Origin: Callorhinchus milii | Lineage: Eukaryota | NCBI RefSeq assembly: GCF_018977255.1 | Contig: NW_024704744.1 | Coordinates: 46,190,001-46,254,000 of the forward strand | DNA length: 64,000 bases | Reading direction: 5' to 3' | Shown: positions 50,613-62,334 of the stretch, one piece after another | How the letters are laid out: each line of letters opens with the position of its first letter | Numbering within the stretch: position 1 is the first letter of the stretch | The notes under the pieces: generated by a model | What the model saw: the letters and a program-made list of their open reading frames with translations, nothing else | Databases searched by the model: none | What the model was told of the DNA's origin: nothing | Translations under genes and position numbers: made by a program

Positions 50613-51106
50613 CATTCTAAGTTTCTCAAATTGGCTGTTTCTCAGTAACATTGGCAATTATGTAAAATCGTAATCCATTGCAATTTTTTTTCAGTGAAAG
50701 TTTTTTTTCAATCCTGAATCTCGTAATTACAACTATATTTGTTGCTAACAGACATTTTTTGCTCAAATGCTGATTTAAAACATTCAGATAGAGTTATGGA
50801 CATATAAATTACTAAGCATGTGCTGCTCATTAACCTCAGATGGCTTGTGAAGTGCCACTTCATGGAGAATCAAATTACAGCTGGCTTCAAGCTCCAAACT
50901 CCGCAGCCCATTTTCTTTCCTTCACGACACTCCATGAACCCATCAACCGCACCCTTGCAGGCTCCATTTCCTAAATATTCCCCAGTGGATTGACTTCAAT
51001 ATCTTCATTGTAACTTTCCAGTTCTGTCATTTACCTGGATGAGAATCCAGTCTTTTCTCATCACAAAATGTCTTTTATCTTCAATATTCTCTAGTTTTTG
51101 TGTTCC

Positions 51107-51440
51107 ATAGACACTGACTTATTCTGGCACCTGTTGTTCTCTAATACCTGACCAAGTTACCATTCTTCTGTATGATAGTTGGGTGACTGCAGACTATAAA
51201 ACTATAGATGATGTCACAGCCAAGCCCTATCCTGCACTCACCTGATATCCATATCCAGGGATTTTTTAGCAGGAGCTGCTGGAGTGGGAGAAGAGGAAAC
51301 CCTGTCTTTTTTTACCATTCCTGACCCAGAGTTCTATTGATAAATATAACAGCAGAGACTACAGTCAAACCAGGATCTTTATCAATCTGTTTGACTCGAT
51401 TTCATCTTGAGCAGTGGTTATACCAACTGAGCCATCAAGG
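51107..51440 (-). mobile_element. Old tRNA-derived SINE, second family
   Basis: Reverse head gatggctcagttggtata..cctggtttgac; body tcacagccaagccctatcctgcactcacctgatatcc mirrors 6670-6710. Confidence 0.7.
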
Positions 51441-52019
51441 CATAATCATAAATTACAGGAAACGGAACAAAAAGAGATAATTTAGCCCATGGTGTTTGTT
51501 GCAGCATTTAATTAAATAACTTCCATAGTAGTTACTTAATTCCATTTCCAGCTTGTTTTCCCTCTATATCCCTTAAAACAGTTACTGCCCAACTGTCTAT
51601 TTACATGATTAATGAGACATAACATACATCTTTGTGATTAATCAATATATGAATATTTAAGTAAATATGCAGGTTTAGTCTTTACTTCACAAAGTATGAA
51701 ATAAAAAGTAAGATAACATTCTGCTCTCAAATTTAAACAAGGATTGTGAGATGAAACAAACCAGTTTCTTCACCGGTGTGCTATGCTTTTTTCAAATTAG
51801 ACATTAAATCAAGTTAAATCAAAATAAAGACACTAATTAACAAAAGAATGGAGTTTCTCCCTGATGTTTCAGCAAGCAATCCTCCAGATGAATCAATCAG
51901 CTACTTCATGGCTTTTTGGGGACCTTTTTTGTCCAAACTGTTGTGGTGTTTGCCTTTAAAAGCAATCACTGCACTTAGTAGTAATTACTTGTGAAGCTAT
52001 TTGTGAAGTTTATCATGAT

Positions 52020-52123
52020 TTCCATATGCAGGTGGGATGCATAGAAATCTCAGCTTGGTTTGGATATGCTTAAGCATGAGGATGGGTTTCTGCATGTTTC
52101 AGACACCCGGCTGACCAAAAAAA
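52020..52123 (+). mobile_element. MER131-like SINE 3' fragment with A tail and 6-bp TSD, inside a Deu SINE tail
   Basis: ggatatgcttaagcatgaggatgggtttctgcatgtttcagacacccggctgaccaaaaaaa; flanks catgat at 52014-52019 and 52124-52129. Confidence 0.65.
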
Positions 52124-53694
52124 CATGATGAGGTGCTATACAAATTGAGTTTGTCTGCTGTGTGTGTGCGTGTGACCTATTAGATCCAATATTTTAACAG
52201 AAGGCCTCTCATCACAATTGGTGGAGATTCAACAGAATCATGGTCAAGACTGTAACTAGGCCTGAATCTGAGTGCTGGAGTTTTTTTTTGTAGACAAGAA
52301 AACTATTTCTAACTTACAGTTTCATTTTTTAAAATCTTTTCCCTGCAAAGAAATAGTCCGCCTGTCAATTTGCTTTATCCTCTATTCCATAACTGGAATG
52401 CTCCTAAGGTGATTTTCAATCACGTTTCTATCCTGCATTCAGTACTTTCCCCAAAGATATATACTCAATAATTCATAGATAGAAATTTACATTGTGGTGC
52501 TGCACGAATACCTCCATTCTGACATTCTTTTGTTCTTCCCTGCTCCGATTTGAAAATCCTGGATCTAGCAAACAAAGTATTGTTGCAGGGCTGTTTACAA
52601 TGAAATGATATGGTTGTAAATTGCATCCGGTGTTTAAAATAAAAAGTAACAAGGAGAACTATTTAGAGAGATGACTATTAAAAAGAATTCACATGTATTT
52701 GCTCCTGGGGAAGATGATTCAGCAGGGTATCCAATATAAAGTGTCTGAGATTTGCAGTGAACCAATTGCTGGTTAATTTACGCGCTCGCTGCTGCATTTT
52801 ATGTTAGCTGAACTAATACATGGCTCTTATCAACCAAATCATGAGCTTGTTCATGAATAGCTGTGAGCCATCCCAGAACTTTTAACAAATCAGCCTACTC
52901 ATTTTGAAAGGTCAGCAGCTGTTGGTTAAATATGTTATCTCTTGGTCTGAAGGCCACTTGAGAAACTGGGTCTTGTCATTTGGGAAACTGAGTTGATTTA
53001 AGAGTGGAGATTAGATTTATTTTGTGGAAGATGTCCCTATGATTTCTTTTTTAAGTCCTGTGCATTCCCTGGTTTTGTTTATTACTCTACATATATATAA
53101 TATATATGTAAGAAAAGTTCAGTTACTTACATTTGAATGAAATGTATTAGAATGTCTTACTTACAGTTTGGGCATGATTATTAAAAACATCAATTTACAA
53201 TTCGAGTTATAACTCCAAATAAAGTCCATCCACAAGAAAGGAAAAAGAAGTGATCAAATATTCAGGCTCAAACAGAAATCATGGGGTGAAAATTACACTG
53301 AGTGATATAATAAATAGCATCAATGCTTTCTCATTGTTAAAACTTCCATCAACATCTCAATTACATTTCTTTATGAACTCCTTTTCCCTGTTTTAATCAC
53401 AATGGTAGAGCTGAAAACTCTCATGGTTGCCTTGGAATGTGCCTCTCCCATTAATTGTGGTATTTCATTGCTTGTTCCCAGGATACCAGAAGAATTTCTC
53501 TTTTCCAGCTCATCAAACGGCTTCATTCTCAACTATTTGGTGGGAGCCAGATATCGATTGATACAATGACTGTGGCAATATTTTCAAAAATGTGACAATC
53601 TCACTGGTGAGAATTAACACATCCCATGTCACATTTGTGCCCCAACATTTGAAGCTTAAATACCATAGTCAGCTCAAAATATTAATACAAGGAT

Positions 53695-53925
53695 ATTTTT
53701 GAAAAGAGAAAGGTCAATGTTGTGGCCAACAAACCTCCAGGTAAATTTAGTCATTCACCTCATGGCTGTTTGTGGGACATTGCTGTGCGCAAATCGGTTG
53801 CCTTGTGAACCTACAAAAATACACACTGTCACTACACTTAACAGAAATTATTTGGGAACTACTTTGAGTCTTTTTGATGTTATAAGCCCTGCATCAAATA
53901 CAAAAATTATGATTGTTATTGTTTA
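53695..53925 (+). mobile_element. Deu SINE 3' half
   Basis: catggctgtttgtgggacattgctgtgcgcaaatcggttgcc. Confidence 0.85.
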
Positions 53926-54269
53926 TTGATATGTTCCTCTTCTATTGCCTGGGAGATAAGATCAGAAAGTTTAATATCCCAAAAGAACATAAGAAAGTGG
54001 AAGATATTAATTCATCCCAATGAACATGCTCAGTACAACAGACTAGGTTTAGTTTGCAGTACCATGGGTTTTACCTAACTTATTTTATCTCCTGAGGTAG
54101 GCTAATAACTACAAGGCAAAACTTTCAAGAGCACAAAAGTTCTGTGAAATTCTTCTGACCTTAAGGCAATTGAGTGAAACCCCTGGATATCAATCTAACA
54201 TTGCAACCAACGTTATTCAACCCTGACCAGTTGTATTTCAAAGTTGATATTTCCACAGTCCCAGCAGCA

Positions 54270-54640
54270 CAAGAACCATAGGGTGTTTGATCATCCCTGT
54301 CTATACTTATCCTTATAACCTTCAATCCCATTCTTTACCAGCTGTTCATCCAATTATCCTTCAAACACTGCCTCTGCTCTGAGCACCAGCAGGAGACATA
54401 TTACCACATGGTAAAATGGATGATATGTCAGTCTTTGTCTATTGTGGGACAATTCTGCCTGGTAGGCTGATTGAACACGAAGGAAAGTCAACGCTATATA
54501 AGATGATTTGAGTACTACTCTACATGGTGAATCAAATATGCCATCCATTTATTCCACGATTACCTCTCGTGTTCTACTTTGTATATATCTCTCAATATCC
54601 AGTCTCTCCTGTCTCAGACTAAATTGGACGATGATATCTG
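54270..54640 (-). mobile_element. Old CR1 fragment
   Basis: cttatccttataaccttcaatcccattcttt..catccaatt; ctctcctgtctcagactaaa. Confidence 0.5.
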
Positions 54641-55019
54641 CAAGTTTTAATTCTTTGGAATGCAAATAACGAAAAGGACAATTTCAATGTATTTATAACT
54701 TCAATTAAATAGCCCTTCTTTATTACAGATTCTTTTTTCTTATATTCAATGGAGCAAAACTATTAATGTTTAAAAAATTACAGTTATTTCAGCTGGGTTG
54801 TTGAACTAAGCTAACTTTTTAAGAGACAATCAGAAAGCTTCCTTGTAACACCAAACCAGCAAAAACTTCCAAAAATATATATTTGTGATCATCTAATGCT
54901 ATTTTTCCTCAGGTATCTGGGTTCATAAATATAGGATTAATTGTACGAAGATTTACCTTCTGCTGGCTGCTAATGGATCATATTTGAAATGAGATCCTCA
55001 AATGATTTTCGGGCTCCTC

Positions 55020-55378
55020 TGCCCATATCCTCTTCCACCAAACTATGCATGCCCATCACTCCAATCCTCACCAGGCTCCATTGGCTCTCCGTCTCCAAAT
55101 GTATCCACTTCAGGGTCCTCACTCTCATATATAAAACTTTGCACACTGTACCACCTCCCTATCTCTCTTATCTGCTCATATCCCATGCAGTTGGCCACTA
55201 ACACAGGTCTGCTTTGCCACTCCTTAAATCTCATAATAAAACCTACCTTATCAACGATGTCCATGATCAATTCCCACTCTCTCTTTCTCCTTGCTTAGTG
55301 TCCAACCCCGCTATTTTGAAGATCTCTGTGATGATTTCTTACATAAATAGCTGTATATAAATGCAAATTGTTGTTGAT
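55020..55378 (+). mobile_element. L2 3' fragment
   Basis: PITPILTRLHWLSVSKCIHFRVLTLIYKTLH; tail tatataaatgcaaattgttgttg. Confidence 0.88.
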
Positions 55379-55524
55379 AATGTTGAAATTTCCCATAACT
55401 CATCCATACTCACTCATAATGGTCAGTCTTGCTCAGGAAAGACTATATAGATGGAAAGTACAAGAGATGTAAAATTTGCTATGGTTGAGCAAATTTAAGA
55501 AGAAAATCTTACTGTAGGATATTG

Positions 55525-55830
55525 ACCTGGCTCATATTGTAGTACTCTTTCCTCAAAGTCAGAAATTCATGGGTTCAAGGCCCTTCAGGATGTTTAGCTA
55601 GGTGTGCTGTATTGTCAGAGGTGCTGTCTTTCTGATGAAACATTAAACCAAGGTCCCGTCTGGCTGCTCAGGTGGATGTTAAAGATCCCATAGCACTATT
55701 TGAAAAAAAGGAGTTTCTCCCTGTGTCCTGACCAACATTCCTCCCGATAAAACTGGGCATTCACTTCATAGCTATTTGTGAGACATTGCTGTGTGCAAAT
55801 TGGCTGCCTATAAACAGTCACAGCACTTTA
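55525..55830 (+). mobile_element. Deu SINE
   Basis: gtcagaggtgctgtctttctgatgaaacattaaacc..caggtggatgttaaagatccc..gctgtgtgcaaattggctgcc. Confidence 0.9.
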
Positions 55831-57912
55831 CAGAAATAAAAAACACCCCTTATTTTGTTCAAATGCTTGGAGCATTTGGTAGCTCTTGCCTCTTGAGGCA
55901 GAAGATTGCCAATCTCCCTCTAACTTCGAGGCTGGCTTCATGCCCAGCCATTATGACAGAGTTGGGGGAAGAGGATGAATCCACAGTCATGGACCAGTCA
56001 GTGTGTTTAGGTATTGACAAGACAGAATCATGTGATAATTCACAGGTCACAATTTGGTTGGAGACAAAAGAAGGAGCTTTATTCCCTGCATCTGGCTTAT
56101 ACTTCATCTGACCTAGATAACCTGATGCTGACAATACAGTCCACAGCACCAATAGCCAAAATATTGATGTCCATTAAAGCAGCATTTGAGCAATAGAGCA
56201 GAGCTATTCCATTCACATCATCTCTGGCTAAACACAAAAGTTCACCTGTAAATTTAGAAAGCAGCGTGTAAATAAATTACATTAACTCTGCTAAATGTCA
56301 AATGACTATAAGTGCATGCCATAAAGAACCCTCTTAAAGATAATTATGGTGCATTAAAACGTAAGAAAATGACATTAACTATCTTGAACATCAATTACAG
56401 GGTATTCAAAACTAATTAAATTGTAAGAAGTCCATCTGAAAGTAAAGTATGGTGAACTGAAATGAAGTAAATCACAAATCATTCTTAAGATAAGTCATTC
56501 TGGTTCCAGATGAATTATCTAAGCCAGGACAGCTTGATCTCAGCCAAGTTTATTTAGTTTGAGGTGCAAAATGTATATTATAGAAAAGGACGAAATTAGC
56601 AATAACCTTACTTGCTAGCTCAATGAGCAAGGAGATTGTTGGGGTTTGACAGCTGATGACAGTTCAACAGTGTTTCATCTTGCATAAGGAAGGCTGACTT
56701 ATCAAAGTAAATGTATGCTGACAGGCTATCATCCCCACAGTAGATTGAAAGCTGACTAGCAAAGAATGATGTGTGAGTGACTAACTCAAGCCTTGCAGAG
56801 CTGTCACTGCTGACGTGCAGACAAGTGGCAGCAGGAAGATCCAACTTTGTATGATTCAAATGAGTCAGATTTAGGTGCAATAATGCTACATTTTTCCACA
56901 AATCATGCAGAGTTTAAAAGGCCTCGATTGCTTTTGCAAAGTAATTATGGAAGCTGTTAAAACACAATGCGACGATGTTGTGGGTGCAGGAATAATGTAA
57001 TCATACACCAGCATGTAATCTCATCCCGATGAGAGTATCACCTTGCTCTCTTAACTAAGCACATAAGAAAGGGTGGAGCAGCAAAAAAAATTTTTCCCAT
57101 CCTTCTGACTCCTTTCACAGTCACACACCCAACTCTTCCATAGACTTCACCTCACCCACTCGATCTCCTGGGAGAATGCTTTGCATTAGATACTCTCTGA
57201 AACCATCCGACAGTGAAAGAAAAAGTTAGACTGTTTTACTTTTGGGGTGAAAAGGTGGAATGTCCTAATTATCACTAATGCTAAGTGCAGAACCAAAGTG
57301 GAAGATTTGTTAGTTACATAATGGGTCTAATTTCCCCACAAAACTATTTGCAAATATTGCACTTATACAGAAGAGATACAGTCACTATTTACTTCTCCCT
57401 TTTTTTCTTATTCCCTTTAACTCTGGTCATTGAGGGGTGGGAATGCAGAGAACAAAACAAATTTTCCTCATTGCAAATATAATTTTCCACGTCACAAGAA
57501 CTCCCAACCTTGTGCCCCTGTCTACGTTTCCCAGTACTTTCATAAGAATTAGCAAAGACAAGTTTTGCAGAAGGGCTATTAACCCAACCTGGGAAATTAG
57601 ATTCAATAAACACTGTGTAAGATTTAATAACTGGATGTTAATATGCTAACAACAGACCTGTTTGCTCTCCTCTGACTCAATGAGGCTTATAAGAAGTTAA
57701 TGACATTGCAGCAGCTGTGTAATAACATGTTTGAATACCATTAAAAGGCTTGTTATGTTATCATCTTACACTGCACCTAAAGTGTTACCTTGCTTATAGT
57801 TTTAGAAAAACATAAAAAATTAGGCCTTAAATATATCCTAATTTTGCTTACATTTGATATAGTCCCTTTTATGTCAGCGGGATGCTTTATAGTGTTTCAC
57901 AGAATATACTGT

Positions 57913-58226
57913 AATAATAATAATCCTTGCATTTGACATAGCGCCTTATCACGTCTTTGAGATGTCTCAAAGCGCTTCACCGAATATACAGTAAAGTGAA
58001 TTGATTGTGTATTTTGTGGGCGAAACACAGCAGCCAATTGCACGTAGCAGTGTCCCATAACACAGTTGTGGATTGTGTGACCAAAATATTTTTAAAAAAT
58101 GTTTATTTTGAAGGGATTATTACCCCTGGAAAAGCGATTGACTAACAAACGGGTTCCTACTTACTACTAGGTAAACAGAGGCGCATTTGGAGTAACAAAA
58201 CTTGCCCAACATTTCACCCTGCCCAG
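57913..58226 (-). mobile_element. Long-form SINE nested inside an older SINE tail (57840-57912, resuming at ~58228)
   Basis: Host reads ..cacagaatatactgta | insert | aaagtggagtgattatgtgttttgtagg. Confidence 0.85.
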
Positions 58227-58295
58227 GAAAAGTGGAGTGATTATGTGTTTTGTAGGTGAATGTAGTGAAGGAACCTAAATTTCTTTGGTACCAAT

Positions 58296-58668
58296 TGAGT
58301 TGTTCAAATCCCTCCACTCCTCTGCACCCCCCTACCTCTCTGACCTCCTCTCTCCTCCAAACAGTGCCCGTTGCCTTCGTTCCTCTGGGTCTGGCCTCCT
58401 CCTCATCCCCCGAATCCTCCGCTCCACCCTCGGTGGCCGTGCCTTCAGCCACTATGCCCCGAGGCTCTGGATCCCTTCCTCACTCCCTTTGTCTGGCTCC
58501 CTCTCTTCCTATTTTCAGGTCTCTGCTGAAGACCTTTCATTTTGACAGCGCCTTTGGTCACCTTCCTCCCCCTCTCCCTGGCTCGGCCCCGGGATCCCTT
58601 ACTGTGAAGCGCTCTGAGACGCTATCCGGTGTGGAGGGCGCTGTATAAATCCAAGTTGTTGTTGTTAT
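58296..58668 (+). mobile_element. L2 3' fragment
   Basis: FKSLHSSAPPYLSDLL..LRSSGSGLLLIP..GGRAFSHYAPRLW; (gtt)n tail. Confidence 0.93.
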
Positions 58669-58735
58669 TGTAAATTTGAATTCCTAAGGTTTCATATTGT
58701 CAATCGAATCACAATAAGCCAGAGTTAACACTAAT

Positions 58736-59052
58736 GGAGTCCTGCAGCTCAGTGGTTAGAGCATTCACTTTGCAAGTGAGAGACCTGAGTTCAATCCCAG
58801 GCAGGGCGAAACCTTGGGCAAGTTTCCTTACTCCACACGCCTAATAATAATCCCTCCAAAACCAAAAACAATAATAATAAATTGGTCATTTTCAATCTAC
58901 GACTGTTTGTGGGACATTGCTGTGCGCAATTGGCTGCCGCGTTCGACCACAAATATACAGTCAATTCACTTTACAGTGTGTTCTGTGAAGCACTTTAGGA
59001 CGTCCTCCCGACGTGAAAAGCGCTATATCAAATGCAAGGATGATTATTATTA
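58736..59052 (+). mobile_element. tRNA-derived SINE, young short form, full length
   Basis: A box agctcagtgg, B box gagttcaatcc, Deu segment, L2-type tail. Confidence 0.95.
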
Positions 59053-59671
59053 ATAGGAAAGTATTGATGAGCGAAGAATCTAAGAAATACAATGTCACAA
59101 ATTAGATCCCTGATTTAAAAAAGGCTGGAACAGACAAAGTCATGTTTACGATTTAAAGATCAAAAGGGAGCAAATTCAGTGCAATAAAATGACAATTAGA
59201 TCTTTTCTTACATTTCCCTTTATAATAATAATCCCTGCATTGATATAACACCTTTCACATTGGGAAGTCATTTCAAACGCTTCACAGGATTTTTACTGTA
59301 AAGTTCTTTTATTTTACTTGAAAACAACACTGAAATAGAGACTAATGTCCTATAACTAAGATTGTGAATATATTCTTTGGTCTTGTGTTTTCTAATATAT
59401 TTGTATCGGATTCAATATTTTCACAGGAAGCTTTGCCTCCAGACATGTGAACGTGAACACTTGTTTGCAAATCTATGCAGATTTACCTTTTTCTGCATTT
59501 TGCACCACAGCCCTCCACAAGATTGCCACTGGATAGCATTTCCTGGGGATTATTTCTTGTGGTAACTTCCCCTGGACTGTACTTCTGTTGGTATCTTTTG
59601 GAGATCATAATAATAATTTTGGCTCATGATAAACTGGTGCATTTCTTCTGATATAATTACAGCAATAACAG

Positions 59672-59880
59672 TCATAATAATCTTTAGATTTGGTATAGTG
59701 CCTTTTGTGTCCAGAGGGATTCTCACAGGATTTACTGCAAAATGTATTGCAAATGTATATTTTGTGTGTGAACGTAGCAGCCAATTTATCCACAATGATG
59801 TCTCAATAATGCCAGGAAGTGAATGACCAATTTTATTTGGGGGATTGTTGGCCAGAACATTGGGAGAAACTCCCTTCTCC
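59672..59880 (-). mobile_element. Deu SINE 3' half
   Basis: ataataatctttagatttggtatagtg..gcagccaattt..aatgaccaatttt..ggagaaactccc. Confidence 0.75.
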
Positions 59881-61169
59881 AATTCCACAGGTCTCCATCA
59901 ATCCAGAATATTTGCAAACACTATAATCTAAATCTATTTTTCTGCTCAATGTAATAAAGCCATGTGTGTAACAGTAAATCGCAGAAAGATGACCGTAAGA
60001 AAAAGTTAAAAAAAGGTCTATTGTGTTCTAAGCAGACATTTAGTAAAGACCTCTTTATTTCTTTTTTAAAAAAAAGTTAAACCGAAGAAATGTTGGAACC
60101 GAGGAACATAAGGGAAATATACTGTCAAAGTGACATACTGGTCGTGGAACAGTCATTAACCAAGAAAACACATTACTTTCTTTGTCAGTGGGTGAGTTAG
60201 GACCCTGTATAAACTCTAAACTGCAACCATTCATAGCCATTGCGAACCAATCTCATTCCTGCTCACAATCACAAAATGAAGTGAAATTGATATAAACCTA
60301 TTATGGAACAGACAGATAATGTGTTAAGTGTACTCCTGTGCCAATGTTTCTGCTAGAACTTGCTTGGCTAGCCTGGGGAGCTTCTGGTGCTGTGTCGTTA
60401 AATTATTCGTTCTGGGACAGAGAGCTGCACCATTACGGTTTCTGTGCATGTAATGTAGGGTGTTGAACCTGGGAAGAACTGTGATGTTTGTCATGCAGTC
60501 AAACCATGTTAGCTTGTTGCAAGGGATCCTCGGTTTGACTTGTGGTCGTCCATTAAAGAAGTCAGGTTAATTTAGCAAAACTTCACAGCAGAACTGAGCA
60601 TATGCTGAGCATACGACAAAGGATTTTTTATTTTTTTTTACAATCTGACTCTTTTGTTTCCTCTTCTAAATAATTGAACTTTATGGGTTTTTCTTAAAAT
60701 GGAGAGGATTCTCACTGTATGGCGAGTATCTGGACGTATAGATGCGCAACATAATCATGTTATGTTTGTCCCCACACCCTTCAGAGTGTGCTGAATCTTC
60801 TTTTAAAAACAATACTTCATCTGACAAATTGCAATATTAAATTTTAAACATACATTTGGCTTTCCACAAGCTGTTGAGTTTGTGTGCATTCATACATTTT
60901 TAATATCAGTGACATATGTGTACTAACCTGCCAAACATATAATGCTGTTGTTTGACAAGTGTCTTACATGAAAGTACTGGCAATAGTCTATTATTTATGA
61001 AGGTGCAGTATAGTCACGCATGCAACACAACCATTTTGCAGGTAAAGAAAGAGTTACAGGAACACAAAAGAACATAATAGTGAGAAACGGACAATCAACC
61101 CATTCAGCTGTTGCCTAACTTGCAAGTTTGGTTAACCATTTGCAATCACCTGGAATCATTTTAGCAGAC

Positions 61170-61667
61170 ACCGGCTCCAACTAGCTCCCTCCCTCACCTG
61201 GTTCAAGGTCCATCAAGATCTACTTGTTTGATCATACTTTTGGTTATCTCTCTCCTACCTATCCCCCTCAGCTCCCACTCTCAGTTCAGGTGCCAAGCCA
61301 GGATTGTTTCGTGCCTTGGGATGTTCTCCTGACATGAAAGGCATTATAAATTGAAATTTGGTTAATTGAATACTGGATAATTGAATAGTTTGGTTTACTG
61401 AATGGAATTTAGAAATCCAAAACCATTTGCACACATAATCTAAGAATATAACTTGGTTAACTGAATATCAAATATATAAATAATTTAGTTTATTAAATAG
61501 ATTTCCCTGTGACCATTTGTATAAATCCAATTAATCCGAGTCTGGGTAAATGCATAGTCGCACATCACGACAACAACAACAACCAGTTAATTGAATAATT
61601 TTTGCAGTTAAATTGAGTATTCAATTAACAGAATTTCACGATATAAGTGTAAATTTGTGTTGTATTT
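61170..61667 (+). mobile_element. L2 3' end split by a MITE
   Basis: gtgccttgggatgttctcctgacatgaaaggcattata | MITE | tataagtgtaaatttgtgttgtatt. Confidence 0.8.
61349..61641. mobile_element. pogo/Tigger-type MITE with TA TSD
   Basis: TIRs tgaaatttggttaattgaatact / agtattcaattaacagaatttca (21/23); internal repeats ggttaattgaa, ggataattgaa, ggtttactgaa, ggttaactgaa; TA on both flanks. Confidence 0.82.
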
Positions 61668-62334
61668 TCATTGGTTCTTGATTGCATAACTAAAAGAACC
61701 AGAAATCCCTTCTATACACATAATAATAATGATTAATGCACATGATTAAGCAAACCCACTTATTTTGTACATGGGATGTTACTCAATCCCACTGTTATTC
61801 ACACCTAAATCAATATCTAGATCTGATGACTCTTCACATATTTCCTACCACAGACCAATGTCTCTCTGCTAACAGGATTGGAAATTGACCCAATTCACTT
61901 TATGAGTGGTGAACACAGCTGTTACTACTTGTATATGGTTTCAGTTTATTGAATCCGCTCAGGAGCTGCCCATCTTAAAAGGAGATTACAACTCACGAGC
62001 ACCTAAGATAACACCTATTGAGCCTATGCATGGAGCACTGATTTTCCGTAGTTTTTTGGGTGTTATCCGGATATCTGACATATGTGGAAACCTTTCACCC
62101 TGGAGTGATGCAACCTGCTTACCTAATTCCAGAAAATATTAGACTCAGGTTGGAAGAACCAAGGCTTTGGAACCGTAACAGTGTTGGGGATACAACAGAG
62201 TTTAACCAGCTAAAACTGCATAGCTTGCCATTGCGAGCACTGTTTGGAAAGCTTTCTACTTCTTGTCCACCAAGGACCACCCATTAGGTCTTTGACTTAC
62301 AGGGCTAACAGGAGCTGAGTGGGAAGGATCCCTT

